Source: Verrucomicrobiota bacterium (lineage in GTDB: Bacteria > Verrucomicrobiota > Verrucomicrobiia > Limisphaerales > UBA9464). Taken from it: 51,723 nucleotides of DNA. The position numbers and the translations under genes were made by a program. Shown here piece by piece: positions 1-9,331 of the stretch. The notes under the pieces were generated by a model. That model was not told the origin of the DNA and searched no databases. It was given only the letters and a program-made list of their open reading frames with translations. Each line of letters starts with the position of its first letter. Positions within the stretch are counted from its first letter, which is position 1. The stretch is from the NCBI GenBank assembly GCA_947454005.1, contig CANGMH010000002.1, forward strand, positions 1-51,723, read 5' to 3'.

Positions 1-935
1 AGGTCGTGGTGGATGACGAACCGCACGTTCGGTTTGTTGATGCCCATGCCGAACGCGATGGTGGCGCAGACGACGCGGACCTCGTCGCGGAGGAAGGCCT
101 CCTGGTTCCGCGACCGCGCCGCCGGATCGAGACCCGCATGGTACGGCGCCGCCTTCACGCCGTCCTCGACCAGCTTCGACGCGAGCGATTCGGTCCCGGC
201 CCGGCTGGAGCAGTAGATGATCCCGCCGTCCTTCGGACGCGCCCGGAGGAAATCAAGCACCTGGCGGTAGCCGGAGGCCTTGGGAAGGACGCGGTAGGTG
301 AGGTTCGGCCGGTTGAAGCTGGCGACGAAGACCGCCGGTTCCTGCAACTGGAGCTGGGCGATGATGTCCTCCCGCACGCGGCCGGTGGCGGTGGCGGTGA
401 GCGCCATGAACGGCACGCCCTCCGGCAGACGGCCGCGCAGCTCGCGGAGCTGGCGATATTCGGGACGGAAGTCGTGGCCCCATTCGCTGATGCAATGGGC
501 CTCGTCGACCGCGACGCAGGCGACGCCCCAGCGGCGCAGGTCGTCCACGAGCGTGCCGACCATCAGGCGTTCCGGCGCGAGGTAGAGCAGACGATAGCTG
601 CCGTTGTTGAGCCCGCGCCAGCGGGTGCTGCGCTCGGTGTCGGTGAGGGACGAGTTGAGGAAGGTGGCCGCGACGCCGTTCGCCGTGAGCGCGTCGACCT
701 GGTCCTTCATCAGCGCGATCAGCGGCGAGATGACGACGGTGAGGCCGGGCCGCACGAGCGCGGGGAGCTGGAAGCACAGCGATTTGCCGCCACCGGTCGG
801 CAGGAGCGCGAAGACGTCCCGGCCCTCGAGCGACGCCCTCATGATGCCTTCCTGCAACGGCCGGAAACTCCCGTAGCCGAAGACATCCTTCAGCGGCGTG
901 AGCAGATCGGCCTCGGCGGGCGGCACAGCGGACAT
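1..935 (-). CDS. recQ: ATP-dependent DNA helicase RecQ, N-terminal ~311 codons (3' end lies beyond the window start)
   Basis: It is absent from the ORF track because it has no stop inside the window. Hand translation of the minus strand from ATG (complement of 935-933) gives [32 protein letters not shown], then [18 protein letters not shown] (Walker A), [20 protein letters not shown] (DEAH box) and [25 protein letters not shown]. This is the classical RecQ core. The + strand ORFs 6..1106 and 13..216 are its antisense shadows. Confidence 0.9.
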   Translation of the reverse strand, partial: [311 protein letters not shown]

Positions 936-1023
936 GGCAGGAAGATTGGTGCCCCGCGGAAGCGGCTCCGCCAAAACAAAAATCCTCGGGTCCGATCGAC
1001 CTTGGTCGGCGGGCGGGCCGGCC

Positions 1024-2586
1024 TCAGAGCTGCGAGTCGGGATGCTTCCGGTCCATCTGCTTCACGCGGATGTCCACATCGTCCTTCGGGAGCTGGCCGG
1101 TGGTGAACTGCCCGGTGTCCCCGACGTCGCTCTGGAGCCGTTTCAGCCTCGCCTTCAGCTCGGCGACCAAGGGCTGCGCCGCCGGCGAGGAATAGATGTT
1201 CCGCATCTCGTCCGGATCGGCGACGAGATCGTAGAGCTCCCATTGGTCCTGCTTCCAATAGTGGATGAGCTTGTGCGTGCCGGTGCGGATCCCGTAGTGC
1301 GCCGCGGTGTTGTGGTGCCCAGGGTCGTGGTAGTAGCGGTAGTAGATCTCCTCCCGCCAGCCCACGGGAGTCCCACCGGTGAAGAGCGGAGCCAGGCTCC
1401 GGCCCTGCATCCCGGCGGGCACGGGGACGCCGGCGAGATCGAGGAACGTCGGGGCGAAATCGCAGTTGATCGCGAGCGCGTCGCTGACCGCGCCGGGCTT
1501 GATGTGCCCGGGCCAGCGGGCGAGGAACGGCATCCGCGACGACGGCTCGTACATGAACCGCTTGTCGTAGAGACCATGGTCGCCGAGGAAGAACCCTTGG
1601 TCGCTGGTGTAGATGACGAGCGTGTCCTCGCGCAGGCCGTTGGCATCGAGCCAATCCGTCAACCGGCCGACGCTGTCGTCCACGCTCTGCACGCAGGCGA
1701 GATAATCCTGCATGTAGCGTTGGTACTTCCACCGGTCGAGTTCGTCGCCGCGGAGGACCTTCTTGCGGCCATCGACGACGATCTCGACCTCGACCGGCAC
1801 CTCTCCCACCCACCTCTGGCGCTCCGCGTCGGTGAGCCCGGCGGGCGGGACGAGCTTCAGGTCGTATCGCGTGAGGTCGCGGAAGACCGATTGGCGCTGC
1901 TCGCGCAAGGCATCGGCGCGGCCGACGTGGTCGTCGCGCAAGGTCGCCGGCTCGGGGATCGTGCGGCCGGCGAACTCGCGGCGATAGCGGTCGTTCGGGG
2001 TCCACTCGCGGTGCGGCGCCTTGTGGTGGCACATCAGGAAGAACGGCTTGTCCTTCGGCCGGTTCTTGAGCAGGTCGATGGCGAGGTCGGTGATGACCTC
2101 GGTGGCGTAGCCTTTGTAGATGCGATGGCCGTCGCGGTCGTAGAGGACAGGATCTTTGTAGCGGCCCTGGCCGGGCAGGATGTTCCAGTGGTCGAAACCT
2201 TGCGGCTCGGAGCCGAGGTGCCACTTGCCGAGCATCGCCGTGTAGTAGCCGGCCTGCTGGAGCCGGTGGGCGACGGTGACCGACGCCGGATCGAGGTGGT
2301 TGAAGACGGGGACGCCGTTCTTGTGGCTGTACTGGCCGGTGAGGATGGTGGCGCGGCTGGGCGTGCAGATGGAGTTCACCGCGTAGCAGCGGCCGAGGCG
2401 CAGTCCCTGGGCGGCGAGGCGGTCCATGTTCGGCGTCGTGTTGACCGTGCTGCCGTACGCGCTGATGGCGTGGGCCGCGTGGTCGTCCGTCATGATGAAC
2501 AGGATGTTCGGTCGCTTGGCCGCGGCCTCGGCCGAAAGGACGAGCCCGATCAGGACGCCGACACGGAGCAGGACGCGGAGGAACAT
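1024..2586 (-). CDS. Secreted Cys-type sulfatase (arylsulfatase / N-sulfoglucosamine-type family)
   Basis: 520 aa with an ATG start checked at 2586-2584. It has an N-terminal signal peptide (MFLRVLLRVGVLIGLVLSAEA). MTDDHAAH and CTPSRATILTG match the C-x-P-x-R formylglycine motif. The C-terminal part is typical of the sulfatase fold. Confidence 0.9.
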   Translation of the reverse strand: MFLRVLLRVGVLIGLVLSAEAAAKRPNILFIMTDDHAAHAISAYGSTVNTTPNMDRLAAQGLRLGRCYAVNSICTPSRATILTGQYSHKNGVPVFNHLDPASVTVAHRLQQAGYYTAMLGKWHLGSEPQGFDHWNILPGQGRYKDPVLYDRDGHRIYKGYATEVITDLAIDLLKNRPKDKPFFLMCHHKAPHREWTPNDRYRREFAGRTIPEPATLRDDHVGRADALREQRQSVFRDLTRYDLKLVPPAGLTDAERQRWVGEVPVEVEIVVDGRKKVLRGDELDRWKYQRYMQDYLACVQSVDDSVGRLTDWLDANGLREDTLVIYTSDQGFFLGDHGLYDKRFMYEPSSRMPFLARWPGHIKPGAVSDALAINCDFAPTFLDLAGVPVPAGMQGRSLAPLFTGGTPVGWREEIYYRYYHDPGHHNTAAHYGIRTGTHKLIHYWKQDQWELYDLVADPDEMRNIYSSPAAQPLVAELKARLKRLQSDVGDTGQFTTGQLPKDDVDIRVKQMDRKHPDSQL

Positions 2587-2725
2587 GGACCGGTGCTTAA
2601 CGCGTCCGGCTCCGGCAGGCCAGAGCCGAGTGACCGTGGGACGGTCGCGATGCGCGTCGCTTCATCGAGACCGGGACGAGGACCAAGACCGGCGGAGCGG
2701 ACGATTCCCGCATCGTCCACGCCCC

Positions 2726-3949
2726 TTATTCACGGACCTTTGCCCGGACCCACGCCTCGTTGAAACGCGCGTGGCGGATGGTCTTCAGCTCACCGGATCC
2801 GCCGGCTTTGAGGAAGCAGCTGTAGGTCGCGTGCAACGAACCGTCGCGCGCCTGGATCAGGCTCGGATAGCTGAAGGATCCGCCACCCCGCTCGACGAGC
2901 TCGAGGTGACGCTTCACCGGCCAGGTCCGGCCTTCGTCATCGCTCAACAGCACGGCGAGCGAATGCCGTCCGTCCTCGGTGTCGTTGCCGATGAAGGCCC
3001 AGGTGCCGTCGCGGAGCACCACGGCTTCGACGCCCGAGCCGGGGTTCGGCACCAGGCTGTCCACGACTGGCGACCACGTCTCGCCGCGGTCGCGCGATCC
3101 CGCGACCAGCGCGCGCTTCGGCGGCGGGCCGTTGTCGCGCATGAAGGCGACAAGCGTGCCGTCGCGCCGGACCACGATGCTCGGTTGGATGTTCCCGCCG
3201 CCGATGAGCGGCGCGCTGGTCTTCCAGGTGGCGCCTTCGTCGTCCGATATGGCGACGAGCGAGAACGAGAACCCGTCGTGGTAGAGCGGCAGGAGCCAGC
3301 GCTTGCCGATCACCGTCGGATGGGCCCGCGGCATCCAGCCGAGCCGGCAGTAGAGCTCGTCGCGCGAATGCCCGCGCATCGCGTCGAGGAATTCCGCCAC
3401 TTCGCGCCGGGTCCGCTCATCCCAATCGGACGCCGCCACCGCCGCCTCGAACCGCGGGACTGCCGCGGTCACCGCGGCGGTGAAATCCGCCCCCGGGGTG
3501 ACGTGGACGACGCCTTCGCGCCCCCATCTCGGCGAGCCCTCGCCCTGCCAATCGGCGCTGACGTGGAATTTGAGCAGGGCGCTCTCCCACGTGTGGGCGA
3601 GGATGGTCGGATGGAACAGCCACAGCCGCCGGCGCGCGTCCACGAAGATCGACGGGTTGCAATCCGGGTACCCGGGCGTGTCGGTGACGGGGAAGCGCCC
3701 GCTCCACTTCGTCGCGCCGCGTCGCAGACGCGCGCCCTCGATGCGGACGTCGTCCGCCTTGCGTTCGCCGGATCCATGGAACCACGTGACGAACAGGTCA
3801 CCCTGCGGCGTCTCGACCAGGCAGGAGGCGTGGTTGTGCCACGCTTCTGGCGGGAAGATGTCCTCGGTGGCGTGGAAGGGTTTCTCCGCGCGCAGACTGC
3901 CCGCCAAGAGCAGCAGCATCGGCCAACGAAGGAGAGAACGGAGGGTCAT
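2726..3949 (-). CDS. Sialidase-like BNR/Asp-box beta-propeller protein (GH33-like, secreted)
   Basis: 407 aa with an ATG start checked and a signal peptide. It carries three clear Asp-box repeats S-x-D-x-G-x-T-W: SDDEGATWKT, SRDRGETWSP, SDDEGRTWP. Actual substrate specificity cannot be read from the sequence. Confidence 0.75.
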   Translation of the reverse strand: MTLRSLLRWPMLLLLAGSLRAEKPFHATEDIFPPEAWHNHASCLVETPQGDLFVTWFHGSGERKADDVRIEGARLRRGATKWSGRFPVTDTPGYPDCNPSIFVDARRRLWLFHPTILAHTWESALLKFHVSADWQGEGSPRWGREGVVHVTPGADFTAAVTAAVPRFEAAVAASDWDERTRREVAEFLDAMRGHSRDELYCRLGWMPRAHPTVIGKRWLLPLYHDGFSFSLVAISDDEGATWKTSAPLIGGGNIQPSIVVRRDGTLVAFMRDNGPPPKRALVAGSRDRGETWSPVVDSLVPNPGSGVEAVVLRDGTWAFIGNDTEDGRHSLAVLLSDDEGRTWPVKRHLELVERGGGSFSYPSLIQARDGSLHATYSCFLKAGGSGELKTIRHARFNEAWVRAKVRE

Positions 3950-4024
3950 CGGTCATCCGTGTACCAAGAACGGAACGGAAGGCGCGAGCCCTTGTGGAGT
4001 TCCCGGGCCGCCGGCCGACCGACC

Positions 4025-5041
4025 TCACTGCTGCTGCTGGAACTCCTGCTGGACGAGGATCTCGTCCTCCATGCTGACGAACGGCTGGAAGATGTAGGCG
4101 TTGAACATCGCGGCGCCGACGTTGCCCAGCTTGAGCTGGAGCAGGTCGAGGTAATCGTGCAGCCCGTGGGCGAACACCTCGTCGACCGTGCCGAACTCGA
4201 GCTCGGCCAGCAGCCGGCCGGAGAGCTTCTCCGCGTCGTTGCTGAAGCGGCGCGCCGGCACGCCCGAGATGTTGCGCAACGAGTGGTCCAGCTCCTCGAC
4301 GCAGAAGCGGACCGAGCGGGGGAAGTTCTCGCTGAGCAGCAGGAACTCCGCGACCTTCACAGGGCTCACGTCGCCGCCGTGGATGTCCTTGTAGGCATCC
4401 CACGCGGAACAGGAACGGAGCACGGCGCTCCATTCGAGGGCATCGGTCTGGCTGATGGTCGCGGGGGCGCCCTTCACCGGGAGCGAGGCGTGGCGGACAT
4501 CGAGGATGCGCGTGGTCTGGTCGGCGCGTTCCAGGAACTTGCCGGCCTGCATGAAATGCCAGCCCTCGTTGTGGATGACGGTGGCGTAGGCGATGCCGAC
4601 CAGCTGGAGCGAGCTGGCCTTGACCTGCTGGAGGAAATCGAACGGGCTGTCGTCCCACAGCTCGCGGGCCTTGCCGGAGTTGAGGAAGAGATACAGGCGG
4701 TTCAGCTCTTCCCAGATCTCGGAGGTGATCTGGTCGCGCACCATGCGGGCGTTCTCGCGGGCCTGCGCCACCGAGGTGAAGATCGAGTTGGGGTTCTCCG
4801 GATGGAAGACCAGGAACTCGGTCACCGCGTGCCCGGTGGCCTTCGGGTACAACCGGGCGAACAGGCTCTCGTCGCCGGTCGCCTGGATGATGGGCATCCA
4901 GTGCGCGGTGAGCTGCGCGTCGTCGAGATGACGCGAGTCGAGCAGCAGCTGGAGCGTGGTGTCCACGATGCGCGCGGTGTTCTCGGCGCGCTCGATGTAA
5001 CGGGACATCCAATAGAGGGAATTGACGACTCGGGAGAGCAT
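4025..5041 (-). CDS. Alpha-E domain protein (COG2307/DUF403 family, partner of circularly permuted ATP-grasp)
   Basis: The ORF-track start at 5104 is a TTG. The in-frame ATG at 5041-5039 gives MLSRVVNSLYWMSRYIERAENTARIVD, the N-terminus I recognise for this family. The protein is all-helical and about 338 aa. Confidence 0.8.
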   Translation of the reverse strand: MLSRVVNSLYWMSRYIERAENTARIVDTTLQLLLDSRHLDDAQLTAHWMPIIQATGDESLFARLYPKATGHAVTEFLVFHPENPNSIFTSVAQARENARMVRDQITSEIWEELNRLYLFLNSGKARELWDDSPFDFLQQVKASSLQLVGIAYATVIHNEGWHFMQAGKFLERADQTTRILDVRHASLPVKGAPATISQTDALEWSAVLRSCSAWDAYKDIHGGDVSPVKVAEFLLLSENFPRSVRFCVEELDHSLRNISGVPARRFSNDAEKLSGRLLAELEFGTVDEVFAHGLHDYLDLLQLKLGNVGAAMFNAYIFQPFVSMEDEILVQQEFQQQQ

Positions 5042-5084
5042 GGCGTGGGGATCGTGGGGGGTTTCGGCAGGATCGTTCCGGGCT

Positions 5085-6290
5085 TCAGGCAGGGGAAGGG
5101 ACAAGACCGGCCAGCCGACGGCGTTCGCGGAGTCGGTTCACCGGAGCTTCGACGAGATGGACGAGGGCGACCGACGCGAGCAACGAGACCCCGACGAAGG
5201 CCACGGTCGCCAGCCGTCGATCGTCGAACCCCGGAAGCCAGCCTTTATGGGCCATGTACGACCATAGGTAGGCCAAGTTCCAATGGACCAGGTACAACGG
5301 ATACGAAAGCTCTCCCAGTGCGCGATCGGCTTTGGAGGCAGCCGTCAGGGCGAACACGAAGGGCAAGGCGGTCGACAGCACCACCGCCGACAAAACGGCC
5401 CTCGGACCGACCGGGAGGAGCGGGTACGCCGCGAAGAACCCGATGAGGCCCGGTAGGACAAAGCGGCCGCGGGCAGCCATGACGGGCAGGTTTCCCAAGG
5501 CCCGCTGCGCGGCGAACGCACGATAGCTGAGGATACCGCCCAAGAAGTAGATCAGTTCCGTCGGCAAAAAGTGGCTCTGCCAAAGGGTTTCCAAGGAGGG
5601 GACCGACCATGCCAAGATGAACCGGCACAGCAACGAAGCGACACCGATCCACAACAACCTCGATGTCCGCAAGGCCACCAGCATCGGTGCCAGGCAGTAG
5701 AACTCCAACTCGACCCCCAAGGTCCAACTGGGCGTGATGCCCAGGAAGAAGAACCCGGGAACCATGCCCGGGGCGAAGAAGTCATCGGTCCAGACCCAGT
5801 TCCCCGTCGCCGCTTCGACGGCGCCGGCCCATGAGAACTCTTGCCCGATCACGGTCAGATTGGAGACGGCCAGCAGCACCGCGGCCACCGGATCAAGGTT
5901 ATGGCCGTGCGCCGACCAGGTGCTCAGACCACCGAACGCCAGCGGACGTCCGGTGAGGATCCTGGCGGCGAGGGTCACGGCCACCGGCAACAACAGCAGC
6001 AGGTAGTATGTCGGCAGAAGCCGGAGGAACCGGTTGCCGAGGAAGGTCCGGTAAGAACCGGGCCCGGTGTATTTCTCTGTCAGGACCAGCGCCATGTAGA
6101 ACCCGGAGATGATGTAGAACAGCTTCACCGCCACATCCCCTCCGACCAAGAAACCCACGCCGAGCGCCGGCATGAAATGCTGCACGGCGACGCTGGTGGC
6201 GAGCAGGAGGCGGATGATGCCCATAGCCTGGACCCGCCCGTCAGCCGGGAACGCCCGCCCGATGCCCGGCGACGGTGCCAGCAGGCTCAC
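5085..6290 (-). CDS. Integral-membrane acyltransferase family 3 protein (OafA/YrhL-like O-acyltransferase)
   Basis: 401 aa with about 10 hydrophobic helices. The N-terminal [15 protein letters not shown] and [13 protein letters not shown] segments are typical of the acyltransferase_3 family. The longest start is a GTG at 6290 that overlaps the ATP-grasp TGA (GTGA). An alternative ATG lies at 6224. Confidence 0.75.
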   Translation of the reverse strand: MSLLAPSPGIGRAFPADGRVQAMGIIRLLLATSVAVQHFMPALGVGFLVGGDVAVKLFYIISGFYMALVLTEKYTGPGSYRTFLGNRFLRLLPTYYLLLLLPVAVTLAARILTGRPLAFGGLSTWSAHGHNLDPVAAVLLAVSNLTVIGQEFSWAGAVEAATGNWVWTDDFFAPGMVPGFFFLGITPSWTLGVELEFYCLAPMLVALRTSRLLWIGVASLLCRFILAWSVPSLETLWQSHFLPTELIYFLGGILSYRAFAAQRALGNLPVMAARGRFVLPGLIGFFAAYPLLPVGPRAVLSAVVLSTALPFVFALTAASKADRALGELSYPLYLVHWNLAYLWSYMAHKGWLPGFDDRRLATVAFVGVSLLASVALVHLVEAPVNRLRERRRLAGLVPSPA

Positions 6291-7726
6291 TCATCGCCGT
6301 ACAGGACCCAGGTGTCCTTGCTGCCGCCGCCTTGGGACGAGTTCACCACCAGCGAACCTTTGCGCAGCGCGACGCGCGTGAGGCCGCCGGGGACGATGAC
6401 CGGCTTCTCGCCGTAGAGCACGAACGGCCGCAGGTCGACGTGCCGGCCCTCGAACCTGCCGTCGCCCACGTGCGTCGGATGCGTCGAGAGCGAGATCATC
6501 GGCTGGGCGATGTAGTTGCGCGGGTCCTTGAGCACGGCCTCGCGGAACTGGTCCTGCTCGGCTTTCGTCGAGCGCGGGCCCATCAGCATGCCGTAGCCGC
6601 CGGATTCGTTGGCCGCCTTCACCACCAGCTTGTCGAGGTTCTCGACGATGTACTTGCGGTCGGATTCCTCGCTCGCCAGGTAGGTCGGCACGTTCGGCAG
6701 GATCGGGTCCTGGCCGAGGTAGTACTTGATCATCTTCGGCACGAAGTGGTACATCACCTTGTCGTCGGCGATGCCGGTGCCGATGGAGTTGGCGAGGCTC
6801 ACGTTGCCGGAGCGGTACGCGTGGATGAGCCCGGGCACTCCGAGCATCGAGTCGCGCCGGAACACGGTCGGGTCGAGGAAGTCGTCGTCCACGCGCCGGT
6901 AGATCACGTGGACGGGCTGCAATCCCTTGGTCGTCCGCATGGACACCCGGGCGTCGCGCACGACCAGGTCGCGTCCCTCGACGATCTCGATGCCCATCTG
7001 GCGGGCAAGGTAGGTGTGCTCGAAATAGGCGCTGTTGTGCGCGCCGGGCGTGAGCAGCACCACCGTGGGATCCACCACGCCGGCCGGCGCGATGTGCTGG
7101 AGCATCTTGAGCAGCTCCTGCGGATACTGGTCCACCGGCCGCACGCCGATGGCCTCGAACATCCCGGGGAACGACCGCTTCAGCGCGCGCCGGTTCTCGA
7201 GCACGTAGCTCACGCCGGAAGGCGTCCGGCCGTTGTCCTCGAGCACCATCCACGTGCCGTCGCCGCCGCGGATGAGGTCGGTGCCGCAGATATGGATGTA
7301 GATGTCCTTCGGCACCTCGAAGTTCACGAACTCGCGGCGGAAATGTTTCCCCGAGAGGATGTAGTAGGACGGCACGATGCCGTCCTTCACGATCTTCTGC
7401 TCGTGGTACAGGTCGTGGAGGAAGAGGTTCAGCGCGGTGATGCGCTGGATGAGGCCGCGCTCGATGTACTCCCACTCCTTCGCCGGGATGATGCGAGGGA
7501 TGAGGTCGAACGGGAAGATCCGCTCGGTGCCCTCCTTGTCGCCGTACACGTTGAACGTGATGCCCTGGCGGAGGAACGCGAGGTCCACCGCGCGACGCTT
7601 CTCGTCGAACTCGGCGGGCGTGAGCTCGTTGAAGAGCCGGGCGAATTTATCGTAATGGGGACGGAGCTGGCCGCGGGCACTGGCCATCTCGTCGAAAAAG
7701 CCGTTCGGGTCGTAGCTTTGCAGCAC
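6287..7726 (-). CDS. Circularly permuted type 2 ATP-grasp protein (COG2308, DUF404/DUF407)
   Basis: 479 aa beginning (GTG)[13 protein letters not shown]. Length and conserved blocks such as [21 protein letters not shown] and VVLLTPGxxNSAYFEHxxLARQMG match the family that pairs with alpha-E proteins. The start is a GTG at 7726, and the next in-frame M is 13 codons in. Confidence 0.85.
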   Translation of the reverse strand: MLQSYDPNGFFDEMASARGQLRPHYDKFARLFNELTPAEFDEKRRAVDLAFLRQGITFNVYGDKEGTERIFPFDLIPRIIPAKEWEYIERGLIQRITALNLFLHDLYHEQKIVKDGIVPSYYILSGKHFRREFVNFEVPKDIYIHICGTDLIRGGDGTWMVLEDNGRTPSGVSYVLENRRALKRSFPGMFEAIGVRPVDQYPQELLKMLQHIAPAGVVDPTVVLLTPGAHNSAYFEHTYLARQMGIEIVEGRDLVVRDARVSMRTTKGLQPVHVIYRRVDDDFLDPTVFRRDSMLGVPGLIHAYRSGNVSLANSIGTGIADDKVMYHFVPKMIKYYLGQDPILPNVPTYLASEESDRKYIVENLDKLVVKAANESGGYGMLMGPRSTKAEQDQFREAVLKDPRNYIAQPMISLSTHPTHVGDGRFEGRHVDLRPFVLYGEKPVIVPGGLTRVALRKGSLVVNSSQGGGSKDTWVLYGDE

Positions 7727-7853
7727 GGCTTCAGAGCAAAAGCGACGCGGGGCCCAGCGGCAAGCCTTTCAGCGACCCGGACCATAGATCGGATTCATGG
7801 AACAGCCGCGGCCGTGTTGGACAACCGCGGTTCCCGACCGGATTCTCCCGCCC

Positions 7854-8180
7854 ATGCGACCGCTCGACCTCACCCCCATCGGCGAAGAACTGGCCATCCG
7901 CTGGGACGACGGCTCGGAGAGCTTCATCCGGCTCGAGAACTTGCGCCGCTTCTGCCCGTGCGCGGAGTGCCTCGGCGAGAAGGACATCTTCGGCAACACC
8001 TACAAGGCTCCCGAACGGCCCTACGGTCCCAGGGCCTTCCTGCTCGCGCACCTCGGCCACGTCGGTAGCTACGGCGTGCAGCCCCAATGGGCGGACGGCC
8101 ACGGCGCCGGCATCTACACGTGGGACTACCTCAAGCGCATCGCGGTTCCCGACGCTTCCACGGGCAGCGCCACCGCCTGA
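7854..8180 (+). CDS. DUF971 domain protein (gamma-butyrobetaine hydroxylase-like N-terminal domain)
   Basis: The sequence MRPLDLTPIGEELAIRWDDGSESFIRLENLRRFCPCAECLGE...WADGHGAGIYTWDYLKRI matches this family. An ATG at 7854 is preferred over the upstream ATG at 7797. Confidence 0.75.
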   Translation: MRPLDLTPIGEELAIRWDDGSESFIRLENLRRFCPCAECLGEKDIFGNTYKAPERPYGPRAFLLAHLGHVGSYGVQPQWADGHGAGIYTWDYLKRIAVPDASTGSATA

Positions 8181-8190
8181 CGGATGCCGG

Positions 8191-8233
8191 AAAACAAAGA
8201 CGCCCGCCACCGCGCGGAGCGGAGGCGGGCGTC
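8191..8233 (-). terminator. Rho-independent terminator for the small secreted-protein gene
   Basis: A 10-bp GC stem joins GACGCCCGCC (8199-8208) to GGCGGGCGTC (8224-8233). On the minus strand it is followed by TTTGTTTT (complement of 8191-8198). It sits between convergent genes. Confidence 0.6.
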
Positions 8234-8256
8234 TCGTGGAAAACGGTCGGCGGGCC

Positions 8257-8580
8257 TTACTTGGCCGCCGCGATCTTGCTGACGGCGAGCATCATCTTGC
8301 CGTCCTTCTCGGAAGCCACGCCGGTAACGGTGATCTTCTTGGAGCCGGAGCAGAGGTTGTCGCCGTGGAACGCCTTGCTGACGTCGCCGGTGAGGTAATA
8401 GGTCTTGGTCTTGTCGCCGCTCTTGACCTCGACGACGTTCTGGCACTTGTCGGCGACCTTGAGGGCGCACTTGGCGCACTTGCCTTCACCGGTCAGGGTG
8501 ACGGCCTTGTCCTCGGCGCGGAGAGTGGTGGCACCGAGCGCGAGCGCGGCGACGACAGCGAACTTGAGCATGCTCTTCAT
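8257..8580 (-). CDS. Small secreted Lys-rich protein with four cysteines (CxxC + 2), unknown function
   Basis: Only the last 107 codons of track ORF 8257..9051 look real. The start is ATG 8580-8578, followed by signal peptide MKSMLKFAVVAALALGATTLRA, then KCAKCALKVADKCQN ... DNLCSGS. Codon usage is clean and a strong terminator lies downstream. Confidence 0.6.
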   Translation of the reverse strand: MKSMLKFAVVAALALGATTLRAEDKAVTLTGEGKCAKCALKVADKCQNVVEVKSGDKTKTYYLTGDVSKAFHGDNLCSGSKKITVTGVASEKDGKMMLAVSKIAAAK

Positions 8581-8652
8581 AGATAGGATGGGAAACAGGG
8601 ACGGTTCACCCGGGAATGAACCCGACCGTGAAAGGCTTGGCAAGCGCGGTTT

Positions 8653-9255
8653 ATGGGCGCTTTGACCCCCTCCGGGGCCGTCATCGCCGGCGGCCGCTCG
8701 ATCCGGATGGGCCGGGACAAGGCCTCGCTCCTCGTCCACGGCGAACCGCTGCTGCTCCGTCAGCTCCGGCTCCTGGCCGAGGCCGGCTGCTCCGATCGCC
8801 TCGTCTCGTCGGGCGCATCGGCTCCCGGTCCGGCGCTCGCGCTCGTTCCGGACGCGGTCCGCATCGTCGCCGACCGTTCCGCCGATGCCGGTCCGTTGGC
8901 CGGCCTGGAGCGGGTGCTGACCGAAGCCCGGCACGAGCTCGTCATCGTCATCGCCGTGGACCTGCCGGAGCTGGAAGCAGGATTCCTCCGAACGCTGCTG
9001 GTTGATGCCCGGCTTGGTGTCGGGGTCGTGCCGTCGCGGAACGGCCAGCACGAACCGCTCGTCGCCGTCTACCCGCGGGCCGCCGCCGCCGAAGCGCTCG
9101 CTCGGCTCGGACGCGGAGAATTCGCGCTACGACCGTTCGTCCAAGCCGGCATCGCCGCAGGCTGGATGCGGGAGCGTCCGGTCGCCGCGGACGAGGACCG
9201 GTTCTTCACCAACTGGAACCGCCCGGAGGACCTGCCGCCCGCTCAACCGCGCTGA
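8653..9255 (+). CDS. mobA: Molybdenum cofactor guanylyltransferase MobA
   Basis: 200 aa. The N-terminus GAVIAGGRSIRMGRDKASL matches the L-x-G-G-x-S-x-R-M-G-x-DK nucleotide-binding signature of MobA. The ATG start was checked. Confidence 0.8.
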   Translation: MGALTPSGAVIAGGRSIRMGRDKASLLVHGEPLLLRQLRLLAEAGCSDRLVSSGASAPGPALALVPDAVRIVADRSADAGPLAGLERVLTEARHELVIVIAVDLPELEAGFLRTLLVDARLGVGVVPSRNGQHEPLVAVYPRAAAAEALARLGRGEFALRPFVQAGIAAGWMRERPVAADEDRFFTNWNRPEDLPPAQPR

Positions 9256-9331
9256 ACATCGCGCGGGAACCGCGCGTCCGTCCCGCAGACCGCGCTTCCC
9301 TCGACGACTTGGTTTCCATCAATACTCCTCC

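Noticed and set aside
936-1023. A possible terminator between the sulfatase stop and the recQ start (CGACC-TT-GGTCG and a T-run on the minus strand)
   Set aside because: The stem is short, and the T-run (complement of 974-985) is separated from the hairpin by about 15 nt, which is not convincing.
6-1106. A 366-aa + strand ORF, plus several others (13..216, 298..585, 604..876, 253..777), at the window start
   Set aside because: All of them overlap the minus-strand recQ reading frame, which carries unmistakable helicase motifs. Their products are Arg/Ala/Gly-rich with no motifs, so they are typical high-GC shadow ORFs.
2426-5446. A 1006-aa + strand ORF, the longest plus-strand ORF in this region
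   Set aside because: It runs antisense across four well-supported minus-strand genes (sulfatase, BNR protein, alpha-E, acyltransferase). It has low-complexity R/A/G/E composition and no recognisable domain.
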